A stretch of DNA of 64,000 bases from Selaginella moellendorffii (Eukaryota > Plantae > Lycopodiophyta). Positions 1 to 12,781 of this stretch are shown one piece after another (the stretch's first letter is position 1; every line of letters begins with the position of its first letter). The stretch spans positions 714,897 to 778,896 of the forward strand of contig NW_003314306.1 of NCBI RefSeq assembly GCF_000143415.4, in the 5' to 3' direction. Below the pieces are notes generated by a model that was given only the letters and a program-made list of their open reading frames with translations, did not search any database and had not been told where the DNA came from. A program made the translations under genes and the position numbers.

Positions 1-793
1 GGTATGCATATGGGAGGTATTCGCTTGCACCAAGGGCATCGAACAGAGAATCTAAGAACCATTCGCTGTGAACAGAGGCCACTACGTTATTGACAAGAAT
101 TTCGCCTGACAGTGTCAAGGGGTTGTAGAGTCCCAGTTTGCCAACCTTTGAGATCTCTGCGTATATCAACATTGTGTTATTACAGAGCGTTAAGAGGTGT
201 GGTTTCTTGTACCTGTGATTGGTGAGGCTCCAGAGATTGTGGACAGGCTATCGCCAACTTTGAGATCAGCAGCTCGCTTGTAAATTATCTCTCCTTTGGT
301 GTTAACTGGGACAAAGTGACCGGCTGTAAGCTCCAAGGTGTTGGCTTCGGTCTTGACTTGCACGAATTCAGAGACAACATCTAGATCCTTGTGACCAAAT
401 GCGTAGATATCCGAAAATGAATTCTTCCCAACAGCAACCTGTGGAAGCTCATTAATCATGTGAAGCAAAGTGGATTACTAGCTAGGATCTTGCCTTATCT
501 CCAATCTTAAGTTCCTTCATGGTCTTCATTTCTCCACTGTACATATGAACCATTGCATCACCTAGATAGATATTGCATGGTTACATAGCACAGTGTAATT
601 TCTAGAGAATAACTTTATTACCTGGAAAGCATCCAGTGTTGTTTTGACATATTCCATTGTTACATGTGAATCCAGTTAGCCCCGCTTGTGTGCAATCAGC
701 AGTAGTATTGCACCTCACTATATTAGTAGCAAACACAGTGGAAAACAATCCAAGAAGAGAGACCACAGCAAACACAGCAGCTAGAGAAGCCAT
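1..793 (-). CDS. Secreted Cys-rich peptide + Hedgehog-type Hint (Hog) domain protein, copy 1 (3' end runs off the window); exons ~793-622, 561-494, 438-213, 156-<1
   Basis: Signal peptide MASLAAVFAVVSLLGLFSTVFA; 4-Cys segment; G|CFPG autocleavage motif; MKELKIGDKV; LELTAGH (TxxH); AADLKVGD; GLYNPLTLSGEILVNNVVASVHS. Splice sites read by hand; intron 2 has a GC donor. Confidence 0.88.
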
Positions 794-1064
794 TGTCTTT
801 CAAATATACTTAAGGAGACACTAAGCATATGAAGAATCATTGGCCATGCACTGCTTAAATAGGATGAACTTAAACGTAATTACATGTGATATGATTTTCT
901 GGGGAAGAATATGGGTGAGAACCTAAGTTACACCATTAACCATTCTGTTACAACATCTTTTAGTAGGTAATAATTCCTCTCCTAATTATTATTAATACTA
1001 TAATTAATTTTAATATTATTAGTGTTTAGTATATGTATTGGCTACCTACATGATTCCTAAGGCT

Positions 1065-1988
1065 ATGGCTTCCTTGCTATTTTTCCTGCCTTTGATAAGT
1101 CTTGTTGAGTTCATTCCATGTGTGACTGCACAATCTGGAAAAGCATGTCTACCCATTCCAGACAACTGCACTGCTGGGTTCAAGTGCAGGAAAATCGTTG
1201 TTAATGGTATGAAAACCTTTGCTTGCATTGCAGATGGCTGCTTCCCAGGTAATGGAGTAGAAATTTGTAGTGTTTTTTAGCTCTATATTTTTAAGCAGGT
1301 GATGCTTTGGTACATCTGTATGATGGAGGATCAAGAGCCATGAAAGACCTCAAAATTGGGGACAAGGTTTTGTGTTTTAAAATGCCATGATTTTTTGTGT
1401 TGAAATTTGGTCCTTTGGGATTTCATAGGTTGCAGGGGGACCAGGAAGTGGCTACTCGGAAATATATGCGTTTGGACACAAGGAACTTGACGCTGCTCAT
1501 AAGTTTTTGCAAGTCAAAACTGATGAAATTGTTCTTGAGCTCACTGCTGGTCATTTCATCCCAGTTCAAGTCGAAGAGAAAGTGGTCTACAAGAGAGCTG
1601 CGGATCTTAAAGTCGATGATCGTCTATTCACAAGATTTGGAGTCTCGCAAGTTACAGGTGATCACTCTAGAACCACCATTTCATACCAGAAGTTCTTCTT
1701 TTCCTTGCATTATGTTTGTTTTCGGCAGAGCTTTCCGAGGTCGAGAAGCTGGGATTATATAATCCCTTGACACTCTCCGGTCACATTCTTGTCAATGACA
1801 TAGTGGCCTCCGTTCACAGCGAATGGTTTCTAGATTCGTTGTTCGACGCTCTCGGTGTAAGCCAGTATCTTCCAAGTTCTTACCAATTACTCCTCTCCCC
1901 AATTCGTGCTCTCTACAAGCTCGCTGGACGCGAGCTCTACTCGACTGGATATGCCATGCTCAATTCTTTCGTGAATGTGGACGAATAG
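1065..1988 (+). CDS. Secreted Cys-rich peptide + Hedgehog-type Hint (Hog) domain protein, copy 2; exons ~1065-1248, 1299-1366, 1429-1657, 1729-1988
   Basis: Signal peptide; 4-Cys segment; DG|CFPG; LELTAGH; GLYNPLTLSGHILVNDIVASVHSEW. Intron positions match copy 1. The start could be 1050 instead. Confidence 0.88.
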
Positions 1989-4900
1989 TAGGAAATTTGG
2001 TGGTACCATTGTTGTTACCATGGGACTTCTAGGAACTCTGGCCTTCACTTCAAAGTTAATCAAAGAGATGTAACAGATGGAACTTTAATCCAAGGTTTGT
2101 ATTAATTGTCCAAATTAAATCCACATTATCAATGCGCAGAAACGAAAAACCGTGTAAAATGGAACTGTCGAGATTGTCTCGTCCGTGGAGCTCATCCAAA
2201 AGGGAGGGAAAGTTGGCTCCTCGCGGCTATCGAAGTTAAGATTGTGCCATGTCAGTTAGCAGTGGCATGAAATTCATAGCTTATTCAGTCCTAGAAAATT
2301 CGCTAGGCCACAAGCGAGTGTTTGGTTGTCGACAAATGGGACATTTACGAGTAACGCTGATCCATACTCCCACACTCTGAGAATACATTCTCCTAAAAGG
2401 AAAGAAAGAAAGAAACGAGGATAAGTTCTCAAACAAAGAGGAAAGAACGAAGATAAGTTCTCAACCAAGCCTGGAAGAACCCAATCCTGGAAGAACTTAC
2501 AGGGACTCGCGAGATTGCTGCTGGGGCTAGGGATTCTCAAGTCCCCATTCCCTGCCCTCACGAGCGCTGCAAAGGTCATACTGATCGCGGCCGAATGAAG
2601 AACGCAGCAGCGGCGGTGGCGCGCTCTCTCGGCGGTGCTTGCTCAATCAGACAAGATCACGAGGTAGCAATGCTGCCAAGGATTTCTGGGCGAGCTAGCC
2701 AGATCGCATGAATGATGGTGGGATGCGATCCGTGCGTGGGTCTGATCGTGGCAGATTGGCTCCAAAGCAGCACAGGTACCATATTGCTGAGGGTGGGCAT
2801 TCCAGCACTTTGGGCTGGAGCTGAATTATTTAGCAGGGGTTCTACGATGTAGATGAGTTCTCCGGGTTCCCGTCCCAGAGGTGTTCTTGCACCTCTTCAT
2901 CTATTTCGACTGGCAAGGCTGCCTGCTCGCACTCCAAGCCAAGCTAGTTACTTTGGGAAGCGAGCTACAGCATGGTGGCCACCTAAAACACATTATCATG
3001 GTTCCAAGTATGCAAAAAATCTTTCTTTGTTTTCTTTTCACTGCTGTTAGCTTCTGCTCTTTCTTTTTCTTAGGTTGGCTATCTAAAGAGAGAGGCAAGA
3101 CAATGCAAAGTGCCATAGCTAGCACTCTCCGTGAGCCATGATAACACTTCGAGTGTGGCACAGCATGAAGTACTCAGCCGGCACAACAAATTCACTAGTG
3201 AAAAAATCCCACTTGGAAAGTGGCATTTTAATCCGCGAAATGCCCCTTCTGTTCATTGGCAGAGCTTGTGGAACCTGACTGATTCGACCAATTTGCTGCT
3301 GCTGCAGCAAGGGCTAGAGTCAGGAATGTAAAGTTTCTAATAATGTCTATGACGCAAAAGGGAAGGCAAAGGCAAAGGAAGAGTATTTTCTATTTTTTAT
3401 TTTGTAGGGGAGTAGGGTGCATGGGCTGGTAAAAAATTGTAGAAGATCAAGATATATGCATATACATGCTCAAATTATTGTAATATATATGTGTGACTTA
3501 CAAAATCATATCTTCTGTTATCCATATTGCATTTATATTCTTCTTTAATCACTTTCAAATTAAGATATGGAAAATCAAGTTGTAAGGAAAATTCTTTATC
3601 ACTTGACATAACAATAATATATATTTTCCATTTAACAATTTACTAAGTACAGCTTAAATATCTAAAAATATTGTATTGTGATCAAGTTTTGGGTATTTAT
3701 TAGCATTTGCGATATCATTGTCAAATGTTAGATATATGGGCATAATATTGGACTCTTAGGCATATTGTTGAGTCATGAAAATTTAAGTTGAAGTGAATAT
3801 ATATAAAATTGTAAATAAGAGGAAGTTGGTTGAGTATTAAAAATTTACATTATTGGACCAAGAGTTATTCTTTTTGTAATAAAGAAAATTTTCTATAAAT
3901 TTTTTAAATGGTTTATTTATTGATTATTTTGTCCAAAAACCATTTCATTTTCGAAAGCTATTATAAAGTAATGAAAAGGTTAAAATTGACTAAAGTTAGA
4001 GTAAAAAAGTGGTTGTTTTTTTTTCCCTTAGACCTTTCTTATGTAACATTATATTTAGTGGTAGATTACATCTTATATTTAGTTAAATTTTATAAGAGTA
4101 GTTAACTCTAATTAAATTTAACTTAGTTTTGGTGTAGTTGAGGATGGTGATATCTAGCTTAGTTGTTTGTAGTTGAAATGTTAACAATTTTAAGTTATGT
4201 ATTTATATAAATCTGTCTCATAGTCTTCACTTTAATTTCAACTAAATGCTAATTATTCATAGTTAACCTCTTCAATTGTACTCAAAGCTATTTGTTAAAG
4301 ATGTTGATAGGGTTAGTGTTGTATGATTGGACTTAAGTAGTTATTTTGTCCATAATTATTTATATTTTTATGTATTGTATTCAAAGTGTTACTTTTATAT
4401 TGGATAAATATATAACTTGATGATGTAAATTTAGTGTTTGAGTCTTATAACAGCAAATTTAAGAGTGATTGTTAATTATTTTGCAACTAATGATTATTTA
4501 TAAATTTTATTAAAGACTATTAATAATTGCCTCACTCAATGATGATTTAGTAGTGATAGGTTTGCTTTATTACATGCTATTGTGGAAGATTGTGTTGTTT
4601 GTCTTAATTAATCTTTAACAACAAAATACTACTATTTTAGAGCAAAATTAAACCTCACAAGGAAATTGCTACAACAATACTAATGTAGTAATGAGAAATG
4701 ATAAATAAATGATTTAGTAATAGATTTCCAAAAGAATGCTGTTAGATGGAACTGGATCATGATAAACTTTATACAAATTAAATCCACTTTATCAATGCAC
4801 ATAAAAATCCTTGATGCTTTCTTCCCAGTCTTTGGGAAACGAAATTTCTCTTCTTGAAAATCATACAAGCCAGCTGATTTGATTAAGCAAAATCATTGCT

Positions 4901-5064
4901 TCGAAGAAAGCAAAAGGGAGAGGAGTAATCTGTATACACGAGGTTGGATCTACTGAAGTCCATAGTAGCTCGTACAAGGTTCCTGCCACAAAAAAAAAAA
5001 AGGAATAAGAAAAAATCACCACCAAAAACATTAAGTGAAAAGATGATGAAGTACCTCTAAGTGG

Positions 5065-7563
5065 CTATCTCGGCCCAGACAGCTCCACGGCGTGAAGATT
5101 GTCCGTGGAGTCGATGATCCAGTCTGATGCTCTCTGGGGGACGAAATCCATCTCTTGGTTGCGGACAACCTCCACCTTTTGCCATTCTTCCCATCGCTCG
5201 GCAAGGCCGTCGCCTTCGAGCATCCGGACGACGTCTGCCATCTTTGGCCTGTCGTTGGGAGAGACTTGCGTGCAGAGCAAAGCCACCTGGATGAGTTCCT
5301 CGACTTCACCCAAGTCGTACGTGTTGTGAAGATCGGAATCGACGAGCTGGACGACTTTTTTCTCCCGGAGAAGTCCTTTCACCTGAGCAAAATAGCAGCG
5401 AAGCCAACGCAACGCATAAGAAGCCTGAGAGAAGTAAAATAAAGCGCGCACGTACCCAGTCGAGAAGCATCACATCGTCGTCATTCGCCAATCGTGCAAG
5501 ATCGAAGGCTCTTTGCCCGGTGATGAGCTCCAGAAGCATGATACCGTACCCGAAGACGTCTGTTTTCTCGGACGACTTGCCGGTGGACAAGTACTCTGGC
5601 GCGATGTGACCAATGGTACCACGAACGGCAGTTGTTACGTGCGTGTCTTTGTAATCCATGAGCTTTGCCAGTCCAAAATCACCAACCACTGCTTCGTATT
5701 CCTCGTCTAGCAGGATGTTTGCCGCTTTTACATCGCGATGGATGATTTTGGGATCACAATGGTCGTGCAGGTAAGACAAGCCTCTTGCTGATCCCAAAGC
5801 AATGCGCTTTCGGGTAGGCCAATCAAGTGATGGCTCCCCTGGATTTCGTTCTGAAACAACACAAGTGTTAGAAAGTGAGGAAGAAAATGAAAGAATAAAA
5901 AAACTCACTCACCTCTTAGCCGAGATGCTACACTTCCATTCGCCATATATGGATATACAAGTAAGCGTTCGGTGGGAGTCATGCAGAAACCTCGTAGGCG
6001 AAGAAGGTTTCGATGAACAGCCATACTGATCATTTCCACTTCTGTTTGAAATTGCAGCTCTCCACCCGGACTGCGTTCTTCTTTAAGCCTTTTAACGGCT
6101 ACTAGTGAGCCATCCGACAATCTCCCCTTGTACACTTTGCCAAAACCACCTCTCCCAAGGATGTTTTTGTTACTAAAACCATCGGTAGCCACTTGCAGTT
6201 CTCGCAGAGAGAATCTTTTTAGTTGTCCTAAATGAACTTCGGGGTCTTCTTCAGCTGGTCATTAGAACGGTACAAAGGGTAAGAACAAACAAATAGCACC
6301 CAATAAACTTACCAGGAACGTCAAAGTAAGCTTCCGGTGGCCTCCGTCTTCTCCACCAAGCAAATCCAATAGCCGGAGCAGCAAAAAGAAGAGCAGCGCC
6401 AGCAGCAACTCCACCAGCAATAGCTCCAGTGTTTGACGAGCTTGATGACTGTGTTCTCCCTAAGAAGAATTAAGTTCTTAAGTTAGAAAAAATTGAAGTT
6501 CCAAAGCTAAGACATTGCAGTACCATTGTTTGCTCCAGATGGCGGTGCTAAATATTGAGGTGCAGGAGTCAAAGGTGGGCCGTTGGGACATCGTTTATTG
6601 ACTGCTTGTCCACAAAGATCTCTATTATTGTTGAAACTGAAGACATTCTGGTTAGTTATAGGACAAAAAATTGTTGTTGCTTCATATCTACCTGATAGGA
6701 GTGAACAGGGAGAAGGATCCATTCGTAGGAACTGGCCCAGATAGATCATTGTTAGAAAGATCACTGCAAAAGTGTCAATAAGTTAAACGCCAAAAAGAAC
6801 AGGCAGACCAAGCGCGTTACTCACAGTACTTGCAAGCCGTTTATATTTGTAAGCGACATGGGAATACTCCCAGACAGAGAATTGTTGTTGAGACGACTGC
6901 ATAAGATCCTGCGTGAGACGATAAGGGTGCGAAAAGTGCTAGCTTACAGGAATCTAAGCTTAGTCAGACGCCCAATTGTATCTGGTATCGAAGATGTAAA
7001 ATTGTTCTGGTACAAATCTAGGCTCACCAGGTTGGATAAGTTGCCTAGCTCAGGTGGAATTTCTCCAGTGATGTTATTACTGTACAGTTCCCTGCAAATC
7101 AAAGACAAAACCAAGCAAGTGCTTTTAGTTGGTACTTTGATCTTTTGATTAGAACTCACAAGTACTGTAAGTGGCTTAAACGACCAAGTGATGGAACTAG
7201 CGTTCCCGACAGAGCTGCATTACCGAGATCTCTGAAAAGAGCCAAAAGAGCGTCAGTCTAAAAGCCCACCACCACTGTTCTTCTGGTCAAAACTTACACT
7301 CTAGTGACGAAATTATCATTGTCGCAAGTAACATGGAACCAAGTACAGGGATTCACCAGCGTCGAGTCCCAGCTCTGGAGAACACTGCTCGGGTCCATGA
7401 GCGAGCTCTTCAAATCGTGGAGAGCATCACCTGGAAGCAAGAAATTTCGCCTCTATAGCCTCGGACTCGCGAACAAAGGAATTTCAATACCTTCGGCGTT
7501 GCCATAGACACGAATCACGGCGCGAAGCAGCAGCGCCAGCACCAAGATCCCGATATTTGCCAT
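5065..7563 (-). CDS. SERK: SERK/BAK1-family LRR receptor-like kinase (LRR-II), multi-exon
   Basis: Signal peptide ending GNAEG; [16 protein letters not shown]; LRR exons; Pro-rich region; [29 protein letters not shown]; [23 protein letters not shown]; kinase [11 protein letters not shown] and [10 protein letters not shown]; C-terminus ELSGPR. Confidence 0.97.
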
Positions 7564-8080
7564 TGCCCCGGCTCGCCGTGGCCGCACAGCAATCAGATCC
7601 ACCGCCGCCCCGCCGCCGCTACGGCATTTCGAGACCTCGGCAAATCACCTGGTAGCGAGCGCCAGCGATCGCCAGGGCGCGATCAAAATACCGCGCCGCG
7701 AGCTCGAATTGTGTCTAGAACCGCGCTGCCGCCTCGCATTGCTCCATCCTGGCGCATCGACGGCCCCGCATTCCTCCCAAAACCCAACCCTCAATCGCGG
7801 AATCCACTGTACAGTCACTTGGACGGGCTGTCACACGTCCGCCCATGTCAGCCGTTGGATCTGCCACGTCTGCGCGATGCCGATGGCATCGGAGGAATTT
7901 TCTTTTCACTCCCGGTCAAAGCTTCGACAAACTGGCGGGTACATTTGGAAATTTATTCAGAGTCACCACGCATGTGAAAATTGACCGGCGATTTCCACTG
8001 GCGAGATGTCGACCGTCCACGTGGCCGCCATCGCACAAGCGCTATATGTACATACGAATAGATGCCCCCGGCATATTGTA

Positions 8081-9925
8081 TTATGCGGCGTATCGCTGGT
8101 GAGCTAGCATTCGTTTCGTCCGGGGGCTCTCGCTGCTGTGGCTTTGCGCTTGGAGCTCTCTCGAGAGGCTCTGGACGAGCCTCTTTTGCGTCTGGCTCTC
8201 GATGAGCTTGGACAATCCCATCTCCTTCACTGCTCTCCAGCTCTGCGAGAGAGATCAAACAAATCTTTTTAGAAACTTTGGCAGGAAAGAAGAACCAAAA
8301 AGAGTGTTTTTGTACATCTGGAAGCTGGAAGTTCTCGGCCTCTAGCAAGTGAACGACGTGTCCCATTGTTGGTCGCTTGCGTACGTCCGGATGGACGCAC
8401 TGGAACGCTGTGATGAGCGCCTTCTTTAGAGCTCTAGGCGATGGCTTCTCTTCGAGCCTGGGATCGGCAATATCGTCCATGCGTCTCGTAGCGAGCATGA
8501 GCTTCAGCCAATCCACTAGATTAACCTGTTGAGAAGTTCGCTAGAGCTAAAGCATGGTTTTTTTTTTTCAAGAGTAAGAGCTAACCTCTCCAGGTGGTCT
8601 TGAGTAATCAACGGGATCTCGTCCAGTGACAACTTCCATGAGAAGGACGCCAAAGCTGTAAACGTCGCTCCGTTCGTTGAGGAGTCCCGTGTTCGCGTAC
8701 TCGGGAGCAACATATCTGCCAAAAAAAAATATATGTCGGCTTCACAAACTTAAAAACAGCATCTGCAATGCGCGTACCCAAAAGTACCCATGACTCTAGT
8801 CATCACGTGTGTTTTCTCGCAACCAAGGAACTTAGCAAGGCCAAAATCGGAGACTTTGGCGTTCCAGTGACTATCGAGGAGAATGTTACTCGCTTTTATG
8901 TCTCTGTGAACGATCTTCGGTTCTATAGCTTCGTGCATGTAGGCCAGTCTAGTTAACAGCGGTGAGAAAGAAAACGTTAGTTGTTTGCTTCGATAAAAAC
9001 AAGAGCAAGAGCGCGCACCCTTTCGCTGTTCCAAGGATGATTTTCATGCGGGAATCCCAGCTAGGTGTTTTAAACCGAGAAGTTTTGCCGTGAAGCCACT
9101 CGTCCAAGTTACCATTGTTGACATATTCATAAACCAATATTCTGCGTGTCAAGGCATGAGAAAGAATCCGATGAGGAAAAAACTTCACCTGTGATCGCCT
9201 TCCGCACAGAAACCGAGCAACTTCACGAGATTCTTGTGCCGCACTCGACCGATTGTCTCAACTTCGACGAGGAATTCTTTCTCCGCCTGATCTCTGAAAA
9301 GAGGATTTTAGTGGTGAGCTGCTTTGAAAGGAAAAGAAATGGTTCCTTACTTGTTGGTGAGGTACTTGCAAGCCACCATCGTTCCATCTGAGACGGCTCC
9401 CTTGTAAACTATACCATAGCCACCTTCACCAATTATGTTTCTCTCCGAGAATCCACCAGTGGCGATCTCAAGTTCCTCCAAACAGTACCAATTGCCCCAA
9501 CCGAGATATGACGAAACTTGCTGCTGGGGAGTGAACGACACTGTCGTTCCTGAATTGCTCTCACTGTCCTGGGACACAGCCATCTCGGTGTCTGTCACTG
9601 GCGGAGAGTAATCTAAGCTGCTGCTCTCCACCACATCCCCGTGCTTGAAAATCCTGAAACTGCTCGAATTCCTCCGGACAGAGTACTCAAACGTATCGAA
9701 GCTCGGAGGTCTGCGAGAAATTCTCGCGCTCGGTTCTGTCCTGACTTCCGGGATGTCTTTCGGAGTGCTGGGTATGTCGTGCACGCTTCTAGACTTCCCC
9801 TTCCTGGATTTTCTCCTCCAACGTATAGGCCACACCGCTAGAAAGAATAATGAAACCATAAGACCTCTTGCCTCGTCAAGTGTTGTTCCAGATTTCGGAG
9901 CACTGCGTGTAGATTCCGAGGCCAT
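8081..9925 (-). CDS. Receptor-like Ser/Thr kinase (RLCK-V/TAK-like), multi-exon; termini approximate
   Basis: [20 protein letters not shown]; GEGGYGIVY; [20 protein letters not shown]; DFG; TRVMGTFGY; RPTMGHVV. Short hydrophobic N-terminal segment followed by basic residues. Confidence 0.88.
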
Positions 9926-10897
9926 CTTCTTCCAGGCTCACCATGCTGCTGCTGCTGGGGGGATTGTTCTCTGTCAAGCCTGTCGAGTAAACAAAGAGAC
10001 AAAACCACCTGAGAGACCGGATTTTCAAAGAAAAACAAAGCACGCAGGAAAAGCTCGCTGCTAAAAAGGCGCATACTTCCGGCCAACATTGAAAAGCATT
10101 AAAGCCTTGCAGGGAGCGAGTCAGAGGACCAAAATAACATACCTGGCAAGAGCTCTTCGAACTGCTGGTGGCGATGGCGAGGCGGAGGAGGAGAGCAGCG
10201 CATTGGAATGCTTCGCTCTCGCCCCTTACTTCCATTCTTAAAACCATAACCAAGCGAGGAGGAGGAGCTACCTTCGCTACCTTCTTGTTGGATGGTGTTT
10301 GCTCGCGACAATGACATCCAGCCTGACTAGAAAGGAACGCAAGCTGCTGCTTCCATCGCATCCAAATCCATGACAAAGACCTGCTAAAAACACCCACACG
10401 GTCCATGGAAAAGTTTAGTCGAAACAACAAAGGCGCACCAGTTAACCGACAAAAAGAAGGCTCTCCAGTCGTCTCGAGCATCATGGAGGGATTTGAGTGT
10501 AAGGAAAGAAGCCAAGTAGCTACCAAAAAGAAAGAGAGAGAAAAAATGTGTGAAGCGCGATAGAATCTAGAAAGGGAGCTCAACGATCGAGCAATGCTGG
10601 TGAGCTTTCAAGTCTAGCGCAAGAAAGAACAGTATACCAACCAGGAGGAAGCTTTCCACAAGAACAGTGGACTAGATTATAACAAAGGAATTCTTTAGAC
10701 TTGCCTTGGAATGGACGTGATCGATCGGGACGGCCCCATCGCCGGCGCCTCGCACCGAACGATTCGCGCCATGGATCTGAGCAGCGCGGCGCTCTAAATC
10801 GCGGAAAGGATAACGGATCTCTCCTCGCATTCAATGCGCGGGCAAAAGAGAGAGAGATGAGGAAAAAGTATTTTAGGGTTCTTGGGAGATTTAGCCC

Positions 10898-12684
10898 ATG
10901 GGCAGCTGGCACTGGCGATGGCGAAGCGCCAGCTTCAGTGGCAGTGGCGCTGGCAGCGGCGGCAAGGATCTGAGGAGAATGCGGAGCGAGATTGGCAGAT
11001 TTATGCACAGGAAGAGCTTGGTGAGAGCGATGTTTGCCGTGGGCGTGGCCTGGGCGCTGTTCGTGCTTGTGATTTGGGGAATGCTGCTGGTCGCTTGTGG
11101 ATCTGTGTCGGTCACGGTGGAATCTGCCGGTATGAGCTCACGCACGGAGTTTTTCCGGTGATTTTGATTTGGTTTTGCATTGTCTCAGGCCAATGCAAGA
11201 AGAAGAGCCAGACTTTCCAGTTTTTGGACGCGTGGGGATTCATTCCAAAGCCAATTCACCGTAAGAATCGATGTACATTCATCGTAGTTTCTTCGTCCTT
11301 GATTCTTGACAGAACTTCTTCGGTTTCTTTTCTTTCTTTTTTTCACGCAGGATGCTCTATACCGGTTGCTAGAAATCCACAGTTCGTGCAAATTCCATCG
11401 TTCCGGCATGACAGTTCTATACTCCGAAAGCTCACATACATCACAAACGATAGAGTTGCCAAGGGTGATCAAAGCAAGCGTCCACTATTTGGCGGCTATC
11501 AGACATGGAAGGAGAGAGACGAGAGTTTTAAGATCAAACCAGCAATGCAGGTGAGTGAGCTCTTCTACTGCTTCGATTCTGTTTTTTGATGCATTTTTGC
11601 GTGGTAGCGCTTGATAGAATCGTCCTGTCTCTTTGGAAACTTTGTAGGTTCATTGTGGATTCATGAATAATTCTGGGGGTGACATTCATCCACGGGACAA
11701 GACATATCTCAAGAGGTGTGAATTTGTGGTTGCCTCAGGAATTTTTGACGGCTACGACATGCCTCACCAGCCTTCCAACCTGAGCGACGCGTCCCGATCG
11801 CTCTTTTGCTTCGCCATGGTGGTGGACGAGATCTCTCTGGACAGCATCAAGGCCGAGGGCTTGCTCACCGAGGACGACAAAGGAGGGAGGTGGTCAGGCA
11901 TCTGGCGGCTAGTTCTTCTCAAGAACTTGCCGTATGACGAGCCTCGCCGGAACGGCAAGGTACCCAAGCTCCTCACTCACAGGATCTTTCCAGCGGCGAA
12001 GTATAGCATCTGGATCGATGGAAAGATGGAGCTGGTCGTGGACCCAATTCTCATACTTGAGAGGTTTGGAACCTCCAGCGTCTCTCTCACTCTTGTTTCT
12101 AACTCGTTCGTTCGTTCGTTTGCATAGATATCTCTGGCGAGGCGGGCATAAGTTCGCCATCGCTCGACACAAACACCACAAGAGCATTTACGAAGAGGCC
12201 GATGCCAACAAGCGGCGGAAGAGATACGCGAGGCCGCTGATAGACAAACACATGGAGATCTACAAGCGCGAAGGCATGCAACCATGGAGCAAAGCCAAGC
12301 TCCCAGTTCTTAGCGGTAAGTCAGCTCCAATTCTTCCAACGTTCCTCGGAGCAAAGTTCGATATTTCCAGATGTTCCAGAGGGAGCAGTGATCATCCGCG
12401 AGCACACTCCACTCACGAACTTGTTCTGCTGCCTGTGGTTCAACGAGGTGAATCGATTCACGCCGCGCGACCAGCTGAGCTTCGGCTACGTTGTCCACCG
12501 ATTGAACGGCTCCTTCCCCTTGTTCATGTTCCCAAACTGCGAGTACAACGCGCTCTTCGTCCTCCACAAGCACACGCGCGAGCACTCGTCCAAGGTGGAA
12601 TGGGTGAAGACGCTGGACGAGCTCAAGGACGAGAACATCGCGTTCGAGACGAGGGCCGGGCTGGGCTTGCTCGGGGATCGTTGA
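10898..12684 (+). CDS. DUF616-family (TOD1/MUCI70-like) putative glycosyltransferase, type II membrane protein, multi-exon
   Basis: N-terminal TM; FGGYQTWKERDESF; VHCGF; LPYDEPRRNGKVPKLLTHRIFP; YSIWIDGK; CLWFNEVNRFTPRDQLSF. Confidence 0.92.
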
Positions 12685-12781
12685 CCGCCCGTTGGCCGAC
12701 CGTTAATCGCAGCCGGAATCCAACGGCTGCGATAACCATATAAAAACGTTTAGGGGGGGATTTCTAGGGTTCTAACACAAA

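Noticed and set aside
2595-2609. ATGAAGAACGCAGC resembles the conserved 5.8S rRNA motif
   Set aside because: Only ~14 nt match and the flanks are not rRNA-like; treated as chance.
2274-3331. Several short ORFs between the Hint genes and SERK
   Set aside because: No recognisable motifs or consistent exon chain.
3360-4900. AT-rich stretch, possibly a transposon remnant
   Set aside because: No termini, TSD or coding remnant that I could identify.
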